This document shows, in pieces, positions 35,820 through 42,944 of a DNA stretch of 48,392 nt. The first letter of the stretch is position 1; each line of letters opens with the position of its first letter. The translations under genes were made by a program, and so were the position numbers. This stretch comes from a virus (taxonomy: Duplodnaviria > Caudoviricetes), in IMG/VR virus record IMGVR_UViG_3300015050_001385, positions 1 to 48,392 of that record, one strand, 5' to 3'. The notes under the pieces were generated by a model that saw nothing but the letters and a program-made list of their open reading frames with translations, did no database searches and was not told the DNA's origin.

Positions 35820-36602
35820 ATGGGAATAAATTACATCGGATACAGTCGCGCAGTGATCGACTCTGCTGGTCACTACATCATCGACAGAGACATAACGCAG
35901 ACACACCCGTCTGATGCGGCGGTTTACGTCAACCCCGGCGTGCACAACGTCACGCTGGAAATTCGCGGCCGGATCGAGGGAGCCATTCCAGCAAATGGCA
36001 CGTCTTCTGGGATTGAAGCGAACGGCTGCAATCTGCTGAAGATCATTGGCTCTGGCGTTGTTCGCGGATTCACCTACGGCGCGCGCCTGGAAAATTGCCA
36101 AATGGCAACGGTGAAGGGGCTGCTTGTGCGCGACTCTAAATTTCGTGGCATAAAAATCGAAGGCGATTACGCAAAAGTTGAAGACTGCGAAGTCCTTTGT
36201 GTTACTGGGGCGACGTGGACGCCGAACGCCTACTGCATGGGGATCGAAGTTGCAGGGATGGTTGCAGACGGAAACGGACAACCAGTCGTGCAGCGCAACC
36301 TGGTGCGTCAAGTGCAAGGCATGGGTAGTGGCGAAAGCGTAGGCATTTCCGTGACTGATAAAGGGCGAGGCGGCATCGTGCTTCAGAATGCAGTTCTGAA
36401 CGATGTTCTTCTGGCCGGAAGCTGGGGCATCTGGGTTGGCGGAAACAGCGTGGTTGATTTGAACTTCAACACCGTTCGCAAATATATCAACGGCGCGGCG
36501 TTTTCATCGCCAACATTCGGATACATCGGGCCGAACGCTTTTCCAGGTTGTACGAATAAGATCGTTTCAAACAACGGCGAGAATGTCGAGATTCTCCAGT
36601 GA
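35820..36602 (+). CDS. Right-handed beta-helix (pectin lyase-like) protein
   Basis: Repeating GI.I/V.G..N.V beta-coil units (SGIEANGCN, RGIKIEGD, MGIEVAG, VGISVT, WGIWVGGN). Confidence 0.65.
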   Translation: MGINYIGYSRAVIDSAGHYIIDRDITQTHPSDAAVYVNPGVHNVTLEIRGRIEGAIPANGTSSGIEANGCNLLKIIGSGVVRGFTYGARLENCQMATVKGLLVRDSKFRGIKIEGDYAKVEDCEVLCVTGATWTPNAYCMGIEVAGMVADGNGQPVVQRNLVRQVQGMGSGESVGISVTDKGRGGIVLQNAVLNDVLLAGSWGIWVGGNSVVDLNFNTVRKYINGAAFSSPTFGYIGPNAFPGCTNKIVSNNGENVEILQ

Positions 36603-36639
36603 ACAAAAATCAATAGGCCTCGTTCGAAAGAAAATACAA

Positions 36640-37035
36640 ATGAACGATCACCCAAGCCTGGTAATATTCTTTGCTGCTGTGCTCGGGGCCATATTCAACC
36701 CGGAGATGGCTGCCGTTCTTGCTCCTTACTTGCTGATGCTCTTTGGCGCGCTGGTTGGGGCGGCATGGGGGCTGAAACGTCGAGCGTCCTCCGACAGGAA
36801 GGGCGCGTTCATGTTCGTGATGCTGATGCTCGGCACCGCGTTGATTTTCACTATGCCATTCGCCGTGTACCTGCAAAGGTACACAGGAGAGAACACGGCA
36901 CAGTGGATGTTGGCTCCAATCGCTTTGTTGATAGGAGCTGTCGGGGAAAGCTGGCCGAATGTCGGAGTTTGGCTTGCTGGCCTGTTGAAGCGATGGCTGC
37001 TCAAGTTGCTGCTCATTGCTGACAAAAAGGAATGA
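36640..37035 (+). CDS. Putative holin
   Basis: Three to four hydrophobic segments; first gene of the lysis cassette. Confidence 0.65.
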   Translation: MNDHPSLVIFFAAVLGAIFNPEMAAVLAPYLLMLFGALVGAAWGLKRRASSDRKGAFMFVMLMLGTALIFTMPFAVYLQRYTGENTAQWMLAPIALLIGAVGESWPNVGVWLAGLLKRWLLKLLLIADKKE

Positions 37036-37038
37036 TCA

Positions 37039-37344
37039 ATGGAAAAGATCTTGATCCTGAACTTCGTAAATCTATTGCTGTGTTTGTTCTGGGGCTGGGC
37101 TGCCATTTGCCGCCTGGCTGTCATTCACAACCTTGTGATGCTGCGCGTTCAGATTGTTTACGTTTTGGTGTTTGTTGCTGCTCCACTTTGTGGATTTCAA
37201 TACTTCATATGGGGAACCTACGCAGGTTGGCCAGACATCATCGCTTCAGTTGTAATTTCAGGCTTGATGCTTGCCGGCATGCACAACTGGCGCAACGGTC
37301 CTCCAGACGACGTTCTGTCAGAGCCTGCCGAATTTCAAAGGTGA
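37039..37344 (+). CDS. Second lysis-cassette membrane protein (holin/antiholin-like)
   Basis: Three TM segments; AAGGA SD; directly before the endolysin. Confidence 0.6.
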   Translation: MEKILILNFVNLLLCLFWGWAAICRLAVIHNLVMLRVQIVYVLVFVAAPLCGFQYFIWGTYAGWPDIIASVVISGLMLAGMHNWRNGPPDDVLSEPAEFQR

Positions 37345-37350
37345 AGTATT

Positions 37351-37989
37351 GTGATGCGCAGAACTGAACAAGAGTGGGAGCGCTTGCTGTTTGCTGCAGG
37401 CGTTAAAAGATCAACGGCGCATGATTGGGCTCCTGTTTTCAGCGCCACGATCGACGAAGACTCATTCAGCAAGGACGAGGCAGACTTGTCCGACTTTTTG
37501 CCGCAGATCCTGCATGAGTCCAACATGCTGGAGTCGATGAAGGAGAACATGAACTACAGCGCAAAGCGCATTCGCGAGCTTGGAGCAAAATCCAACCCTG
37601 GATCTCGTTGGCGCAAGGCTGCAGAGATCGCAGACACGCTGGTCGATGGCGGGCCAGACGCAATCGCTGAGTTTTTGTATGGCGGGCGCATGGGCAACGA
37701 CCAGCCTGGCGACGGCGCGCTCTACATCGCTCGTTCTCCGATCGGAATCACAGGCAAAGACAACTACAAGTTCATGTCTGAGCTGATGGGCCAAGACTTT
37801 GTTGGTTTGCCGCAGCTGTTGGAACAAAAGCACTTCGCTCTTGAAGCCTGCATCGGATGGTGGGAGGGCCGGATCCCAGACAAGATCCTTGGAAATACTC
37901 GTCTTGTCCGCAAGGCCGTGCAAGGAGGAGACTTCGGGCTGGAGCACGTTGTGGCGCTGAAGGCCAAACTTAAAGAGGCAGGAATATGA
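37351..37989 (+). CDS. Endolysin, glycoside hydrolase family 19-like
   Basis: FL.Q..HES, ENMNYSA, YGGRMGN..PGDG..Y, ITGKDNY, A..WW. Confidence 0.85.
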   Translation: MMRRTEQEWERLLFAAGVKRSTAHDWAPVFSATIDEDSFSKDEADLSDFLPQILHESNMLESMKENMNYSAKRIRELGAKSNPGSRWRKAAEIADTLVDGGPDAIAEFLYGGRMGNDQPGDGALYIARSPIGITGKDNYKFMSELMGQDFVGLPQLLEQKHFALEACIGWWEGRIPDKILGNTRLVRKAVQGGDFGLEHVVALKAKLKEAGI

Positions 37990-38540
37990 TCAGCACAACC
38001 AATAAGGTTCTGATCGGCGTCATCCTGGCCACAGCCGTGATGGCCGGGCTAGGCTACGCAGGCTACCGCATCGATCGACGCGCTACGGCCATAGAAAATG
38101 ATCGCTGGCAGATGGAAGTCAAGGAGCTGAAGCTCAAGGCCTCCAGAGAGCTGTCGATCGCCCGTGACGAACGGGATGCGGCTCAAGAAAAATTGAATGG
38201 CGCGCTGGCAGCGCAGGAAAGGACAGACAATGCAAACAAAGAAATTGTGGCAGACCTCGAAGGCAAGTTGCGCGCTGCTCGCGCTGTCAGCGGTGGCCGC
38301 ATGCGGGACCCAAACGCCACGGGATGTCGGAGTGGTGGTCAGGACCCCGGTGGTCAAGTTGCCGCCAGTCCCGGCGGAAGTGGAAGCAACCCTGCCGAAG
38401 CCGGTGGGTTACTTTCAGCGGACCTTACTGGACTACTCGACAAGCTCACCAAAGAGTCCGACGACATCAACGTCGCCTATGCCTCCTGCCGGGCAGACTC
38501 CTTCAACGTCCGCGCGCTGATCAACGGTCCCGCCAAATAG
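37986..38540 (+). CDS. i-spanin (Rz-like)
   Basis: N-terminal TM segment, coiled coil, C-terminal D......SC motif. Confidence 0.82.
   Translation: MISTTNKVLIGVILATAVMAGLGYAGYRIDRRATAIENDRWQMEVKELKLKASRELSIARDERDAAQEKLNGALAAQERTDNANKEIVADLEGKLRAARAVSGGRMRDPNATGCRSGGQDPGGQVAASPGGSGSNPAEAGGLLSADLTGLLDKLTKESDDINVAYASCRADSFNVRALINGPAK
38230..38520 (+). CDS. o-spanin (Rz1-like lipoprotein) embedded in the i-spanin +1 frame
   Basis: MQTKK...LLALSAVAA-C lipobox; Pro-rich mature part; AAGGA SD. Confidence 0.8.
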   Translation: MQTKKLWQTSKASCALLALSAVAACGTQTPRDVGVVVRTPVVKLPPVPAEVEATLPKPVGYFQRTLLDYSTSSPKSPTTSTSPMPPAGQTPSTSAR

Positions 38541-38790
38541 CGTAGACCAGCAGCGCTACGCAAAGCGCCAAGATCAGCGCAACGCCGATCGCGTTGGATT
38601 CCTCGTGGATAACCACGATAGAACCGATGAATGCCACAAGCATGACCGGCCCAACGATCCGCAACCAGGACTTTCTCCGTAGCCGCCTGCGTCCGCGGAA
38701 GTGTTCAATTGGGCTGGCTGCGCCGGGGCTCAACCTATAGCTGTCGCCGATACTTTTCGGCTTGCGCTCGTCGTCTGCGTGCATGATCAT
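38521..38790 (-). CDS. Small membrane protein (two TM segments)
   Basis: GGGGAG SD; basic stretch followed by two hydrophobic helices; last gene of the - arm. Confidence 0.6.
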   Translation of the reverse strand: MIMHADDERKPKSIGDSYRLSPGAASPIEHFRGRRRLRRKSWLRIVGPVMLVAFIGSIVVIHEESNAIGVALILALCVALLVYAIWRDR

Positions 38791-38879
38791 TTGTCTCCCC
38801 TTTTGTTGCGACCAACAATTGTGTGGACGGCAAGGACCAAGAATATGACTGAAATGAAAAACAACAATTCAAAGTTCAT
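38787..38879 (-). CDS. Small membrane peptide, 30 aa (not in ORF track)
   Basis: MNFELLFFISVIFLVLAVHTIVGRNKRGDK*; GGAG SD plus CAACTTA leader; ATGA overlap with the next gene. Confidence 0.6.
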   Translation of the reverse strand: MNFELLFFISVIFLVLAVHTIVGRNKRGDK

Positions 38880-38930
38880 TTCGCTCTCCAATATAAGTTG
38901 AGGAAGAAGGGCCGAAGCCCCTCCGGTTGT

Positions 38931-39935
38931 TTAGATCTCGAGCGCCAGCTCCAGCGCCCGGCTCTTCAGCGCGTCGCCGTTCCCGAACCATGCGCCGTTC
39001 ATCCGGCTGTCCGCTGCGCGCCCGCGCTCGTGGTCGACGTACTGGGTGACGCTGTTCAGCCACTGCCAGGCGCTGCGACCTTCGGTCAGATCGGAGCCGA
39101 TCGCAGCACCTTCGAACAGCTGGATGATCCGGCGGTAAGCCTTGGAAGCTTCCACACCCTCAGAGTCTTGGCGAGAGCCGTCCTTTTTCGGGCCAAGGGT
39201 GGGCGCAATCAGCTCAGCCGTTAGGGCTGCAGCGTGCTTGTCGACAACCTCAGCGTTGGCCAGCATTTTGGTCTGGGCAATAAAGGTCTCCCAGGCCGAC
39301 TTGATCAGGCCAAGGCGCTTCTGAACTTCCAGCGCGTCGAAGGTCGAGTGGTGGGCGATCTTCACGGTGCGATCTGTTTTGGAATTCAATGCTACCGAGA
39401 TTGTGTTGTGGCAGACAACCCGGATCGCGGTGAACTTTGCCGTGGTTGCCAGCCCGCCATCGAAACTCGTCGCCAGCAGCAGGTATGGCAACACCCGGTC
39501 ATGGCCGATCACGTCGAAGCCCTCGTTCATCTTGGCCAGCGCCCACACCCGCTTGCCGCCGTGCAAAGAGCCTGCTGTGTCCATATTGAACCCGCCGTTT
39601 TCGGTCAGGTTGCGGAAGAACTCCAACACCTCGCCAGGCTGCACGACCTTGTAGCCTTTGGAAACGATGCCCAGCGGCGCGCAGGTGTCGGCGCGGTAGA
39701 GGACCTGGCGGTCACCCATGGACATCATTTGCGGGCTATCGTCCTGGCTTTCGCTCGGAATCTGGTAACCGACCTGCGCCCGGCGGACCTCGAATTCAAG
39801 GCCAGCTTCGCGCTTCCAGGTGTCGATGTCGGCCCCGTAGGTCAGCTCTTGGCCCAGGCCATGCCAAGGGGTTTCGCCCGTGTAGGCGATGTTTGCTTTG
39901 CCGTTGGATTGGTCAATTGCGTGGCATTCGATCAT
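38931..39935 (-). CDS. DUF932-family phage/plasmid protein
   Basis: TPWHGLG, LGIVSKGYKVVQP, TAGSLHGGKRVWALA, YLLLATSFDG, IRVVCHNT, AW..LN.VT.YVDH. Confidence 0.9.
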   Translation of the reverse strand: MIECHAIDQSNGKANIAYTGETPWHGLGQELTYGADIDTWKREAGLEFEVRRAQVGYQIPSESQDDSPQMMSMGDRQVLYRADTCAPLGIVSKGYKVVQPGEVLEFFRNLTENGGFNMDTAGSLHGGKRVWALAKMNEGFDVIGHDRVLPYLLLATSFDGGLATTAKFTAIRVVCHNTISVALNSKTDRTVKIAHHSTFDALEVQKRLGLIKSAWETFIAQTKMLANAEVVDKHAAALTAELIAPTLGPKKDGSRQDSEGVEASKAYRRIIQLFEGAAIGSDLTEGRSAWQWLNSVTQYVDHERGRAADSRMNGAWFGNGDALKSRALELALEI

Positions 39936-39986
39936 GATGTTTCCTTTTAAGTTGAGGGAGGTTGGTTGGGGCCGAAGGCCCTTGTT

Positions 39987-40292
39987 TCAGGACAGATAGA
40001 AAACCGCAGCACAGACTTCGGGGAAAACACGCTTGGCGGTCCCTGTGCCGTTGCGCTTGTCGAGGAAGGCCAACATGGACAGAACCTCTTCCTGGCTGCC
40101 GTAGGTTTGGCCACCGCAGTCGCTGATGTGATTTTCTTCGCCTGCCAGATCGAAGCAGGTGTCGCAGACCTGGACGCCAGCGCCGTCGCCACCGGTGTCA
40201 CGGGTGTTGTGACCGCAGGTGCGGCAAACGTAGCAGCCAGAACCCTTTTGGAAGCGGGAGTTGCGGGCTTGGAAGGCGGTTGCTGTTGTCAT
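39987..40292 (-). CDS. Small Zn-finger-like (CxxC x2) protein
   Basis: CRTC...CDTC; AAGGA SD; first gene after the 40340 promoter. Confidence 0.7.
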   Translation of the reverse strand: MTTATAFQARNSRFQKGSGCYVCRTCGHNTRDTGGDGAGVQVCDTCFDLAGEENHISDCGGQTYGSQEEVLSMLAFLDKRNGTGTAKRVFPEVCAAVFYLS

Positions 40293-40339
40293 GGTGTTTC
40301 CTTTGAAGTTGAATCCGGTTTCATTCAAACCGTACACGA

Positions 40340-40367
40340 ATTATGGGACCATGCCATACCATTGCAA
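40340..40367 (-). promoter_or_regulatory. Possible sigma70-like promoter TTGCAA-16-CATAAT
   Basis: Intergenic; same -10 hexamer as the other phage promoters; short spacer. Confidence 0.45.
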
Positions 40368-40420
40368 TACAGGGAAAACCCTTGGTTTCAGCCAAAAACG
40401 CAAAATAGTTTGCGAAACAC

Positions 40421-42034
40421 TCAAAAAGGCAGCAGATCTTTCCCGTCGCCGTTGATCAAATCGGCTATGTTCTTCTTGGAGGCAAGCGCGCGGACGATCT
40501 TTTCGTCCACGGTGCCCGTCGCCACGAGGTCGATGTACACCACGTTCTGGTCCTGGCCAATGCGGTGGTTGCGGTCCTCGCTTTGCAGGCGCTCGCGCAA
40601 GGAAAATGTGTTGCTGAAGTATAGCGTGTAGGCCGCAGCGGTCCACGTGACCCCCGTTCCACCGGCTTGTTGTTGTGCAACCATGACCTGTGCCCATCCG
40701 CTGCCGGGGTCTGAACCATCAGGCGCGCGCTGGCCGCTTTCGCCGCCCTGAAAGGCAATCTTCGCCGCCTCGCGGTCCTTCATCTTCACGCCACCGTGGT
40801 ACTGCACGACCTTGATCCCTTCGGCCTCCAACACGCGGACGATTTCGTCGATCTCGGCGTGGAAGCGCGCCCACACGATGATCTTGCTGCCTTGCGCCAC
40901 AACCGCCTTCACACGGTCTAGCAGCAGATCCATCTTCGGGTTTTCGCCTTCGATGCGAATCGGCTCTTCATGCTCAGGGTGGATGTAAAAACCGCTGGTG
41001 ATCTGCGCGAGCTTGGTGATGGCGGTGAGCTTGGCGATCGGGGTTTCCTCTTGCTCGTACACCAACCGGCATTCGTCCAATGCCTTGTTGTAGAGTTGCG
41101 TCTGAAGCGGCGTCATTTCGAAGCATGCCGTCTTGTAGATCTTTTCGGGCAGATCCAGGCAGTCTTTCTTCAACACACGGAAGGTGTAAGGTGCAACGAT
41201 GCGCTGCAGCTTGTCGAGGTTCTTGTAGCGCGGCTGACCGCCCGGCCCCTTTTGAACAACCTGCGGAATGCGCTTGGTTCCGCTGCGGTCCATGATGCTC
41301 TTGAGCAGCGGGTTGATCTTCTGAACAACCTGACCATTGTCGTCATAGGTGCTGACGGTGTCGGGGATCATTTCTGCGTACTCCGTCTTGAAGGCGAAGT
41401 AGCTCTCGGTTTCCAGAATATTTTTGTCCAGGAAGTTGTAAGGCGCAAAGGCATCGAACGGGCCCTGCGTGATCGGCGTCCCGTCCATGATGCGACGGTA
41501 CTTGGTCATGTACTTGAGCTTCAGCAACGCCTTGAAGCGGGCAGAGGTCGGATTCTTGATGTAGCCAGAAGCCTCGTCGCCAACGATCAGCAACCGCCCA
41601 GCGCCCAACGCAAAGCGCTCCAGCGCGTCGAAGCTGCGTTTGTGATTCAGCCCTTCCCAGTTCATCGTCAGGATGCGCAGCTCACGTCCGCCGTCGGCAG
41701 CAGGCGTGTAGATCTTCTCGAGCTTAGCCTGTTCGCGCTTGCTGTTGTTGGAACTCCAGGCGTGCGACTTCCACCGGCACCAGTCTGGCATGTGCTTGGG
41801 CAACTCGATCAGGGTCCAGTTTGTATGCACGCCATTGGGGGCAAAGACAATCATCGCGTCAATCTCGCCCGCTTCCCAAAGATCGGCAGCGTTGTTGATG
41901 ATGATCCAGGTCTTGCCTGTGCCCATCTCGGCGCTGAGCAGGAAGGCGCGCTTGTGACCGTGTTCAGCCAGGCATCGGAGTTGGTGGCTGTAGGGCTTGG
42001 TCTTGTAGCGGCTCACGTCTGGTTCTTGAAGCAT
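40421..42034 (-). CDS. SNF2/DEAD-like superfamily 2 helicase
   Basis: EMGTGKT, IVGDEAS, DGTP, KKDCLDLPEK, IIVWARF, QSEDRNHRIGQ; GAGGA SD before ATG 42034. Confidence 0.92.
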   Translation of the reverse strand: MLQEPDVSRYKTKPYSHQLRCLAEHGHKRAFLLSAEMGTGKTWIIINNAADLWEAGEIDAMIVFAPNGVHTNWTLIELPKHMPDWCRWKSHAWSSNNSKREQAKLEKIYTPAADGGRELRILTMNWEGLNHKRSFDALERFALGAGRLLIVGDEASGYIKNPTSARFKALLKLKYMTKYRRIMDGTPITQGPFDAFAPYNFLDKNILETESYFAFKTEYAEMIPDTVSTYDDNGQVVQKINPLLKSIMDRSGTKRIPQVVQKGPGGQPRYKNLDKLQRIVAPYTFRVLKKDCLDLPEKIYKTACFEMTPLQTQLYNKALDECRLVYEQEETPIAKLTAITKLAQITSGFYIHPEHEEPIRIEGENPKMDLLLDRVKAVVAQGSKIIVWARFHAEIDEIVRVLEAEGIKVVQYHGGVKMKDREAAKIAFQGGESGQRAPDGSDPGSGWAQVMVAQQQAGGTGVTWTAAAYTLYFSNTFSLRERLQSEDRNHRIGQDQNVVYIDLVATGTVDEKIVRALASKKNIADLINGDGKDLLPF

Positions 42035-42447
42035 CGTAGTATTTCCTCTGGTTTGAGCGGTGAGCCCTTGGGTTGCGTCCACAGCGCTGCGTCTAGCAAC
42101 TCTGTTAAGGTCATTTCATTCAACTGGTCAGCGTACAGGCCGGGGATCAGCATTCTGCGCTTGTCGGTCCCGATCCAGAAGAAGGCGATGCCGCCAGCTT
42201 TGCGCTGCGACAGGAACCAATTCTTCTGGCTCTGCAGGACCGGGTGGTTGGAGCCGCCAATCAGCGCTGTGGTCGCGCGCTTGGGTTCCGTCGGGGCTTT
42301 CAGCTCAAGCCAGAACTCGCGCCCGCCCTTGACACAGGCGTTCACGTCTGGCATGCCCTCGCCCAGCAAGTTCTCAACCCGGTCGCAGCGGTGAGGACTG
42401 CGCAGGACGTTTTCCTTCAGCCACTTGTATTCGACTTTTTCGCTCAT
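42013..42447 (-). CDS. VRR-NUC / PD-(D/E)xK nuclease (resolvase-like)
   Basis: RVEN...GMPDV...WLELK...Q..W...R..AGG. Confidence 0.85.
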   Translation of the reverse strand: MSEKVEYKWLKENVLRSPHRCDRVENLLGEGMPDVNACVKGGREFWLELKAPTEPKRATTALIGGSNHPVLQSQKNWFLSQRKAGGIAFFWIGTDKRRMLIPGLYADQLNEMTLTELLDAALWTQPKGSPLKPEEILRCFKNQT

Positions 42448-42944
42448 TGCTTGCTCCTGGCCAACAATGAAGCTCTTATTTTTTGCTTCGTCTCTTCTGA
42501 ATGAGGCTTGCCAAGCCTGTAGGTGTTGTTTGCATGCTTTGCCTTCAGCAGCGCGCGATGCTCGCTTGTCATCGTGCCTTTCTTTGAAGCGCTCAGCTTC
42601 GCTTTTGTCTCTTCAGACCTTTTTATCCCTAAGAGTTTTGCGGCAATTTCAGGGATGAGCATCGGACTTTCCTCGCCACCGGGTGTGCTGTTGTATCCGC
42701 CAGGGTGGAGCGTTCCAAGCCGGGCAATCGCTTCAATCTCTGCAGCATAAAGCGCCTTGCCGCTGAACTCGCCAAGGATTTCAACAACAGGGTCGCCGTA
42801 TTTTCTCCAGGCATTATAAAGAACGGAAGGCCTTCCGATCGCAATAATCGCCTTGTGGCTTCTCAATCTTGTCGCCATGCTTTTGCTGGTCACACCGATG
42901 TATGATTTTCCGCTTGAAAAGGTCAGCTTGTAAAGAAGGCCCAT
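42444..42944 (-). CDS. Free-standing GIY-YIG homing endonuclease with NUMOD3 repeats
   Basis: LLYKL...KSYIG..R...H, E...GYN.T.GG; RSEETKAKLS and HSEETKQKIR repeats; lower GC. Confidence 0.88.
   Translation of the reverse strand: MGLLYKLTFSSGKSYIGVTSKSMATRLRSHKAIIAIGRPSVLYNAWRKYGDPVVEILGEFSGKALYAAEIEAIARLGTLHPGGYNSTPGGEESPMLIPEIAAKLLGIKRSEETKAKLSASKKGTMTSEHRALLKAKHANNTYRLGKPHSEETKQKIRASLLARSKQ

Noticed and set aside
40421-40450. SSB-tail mimic (DGKDLLPF) at the helicase C-terminus
   Set aside because: Too short to distinguish from chance without conservation data
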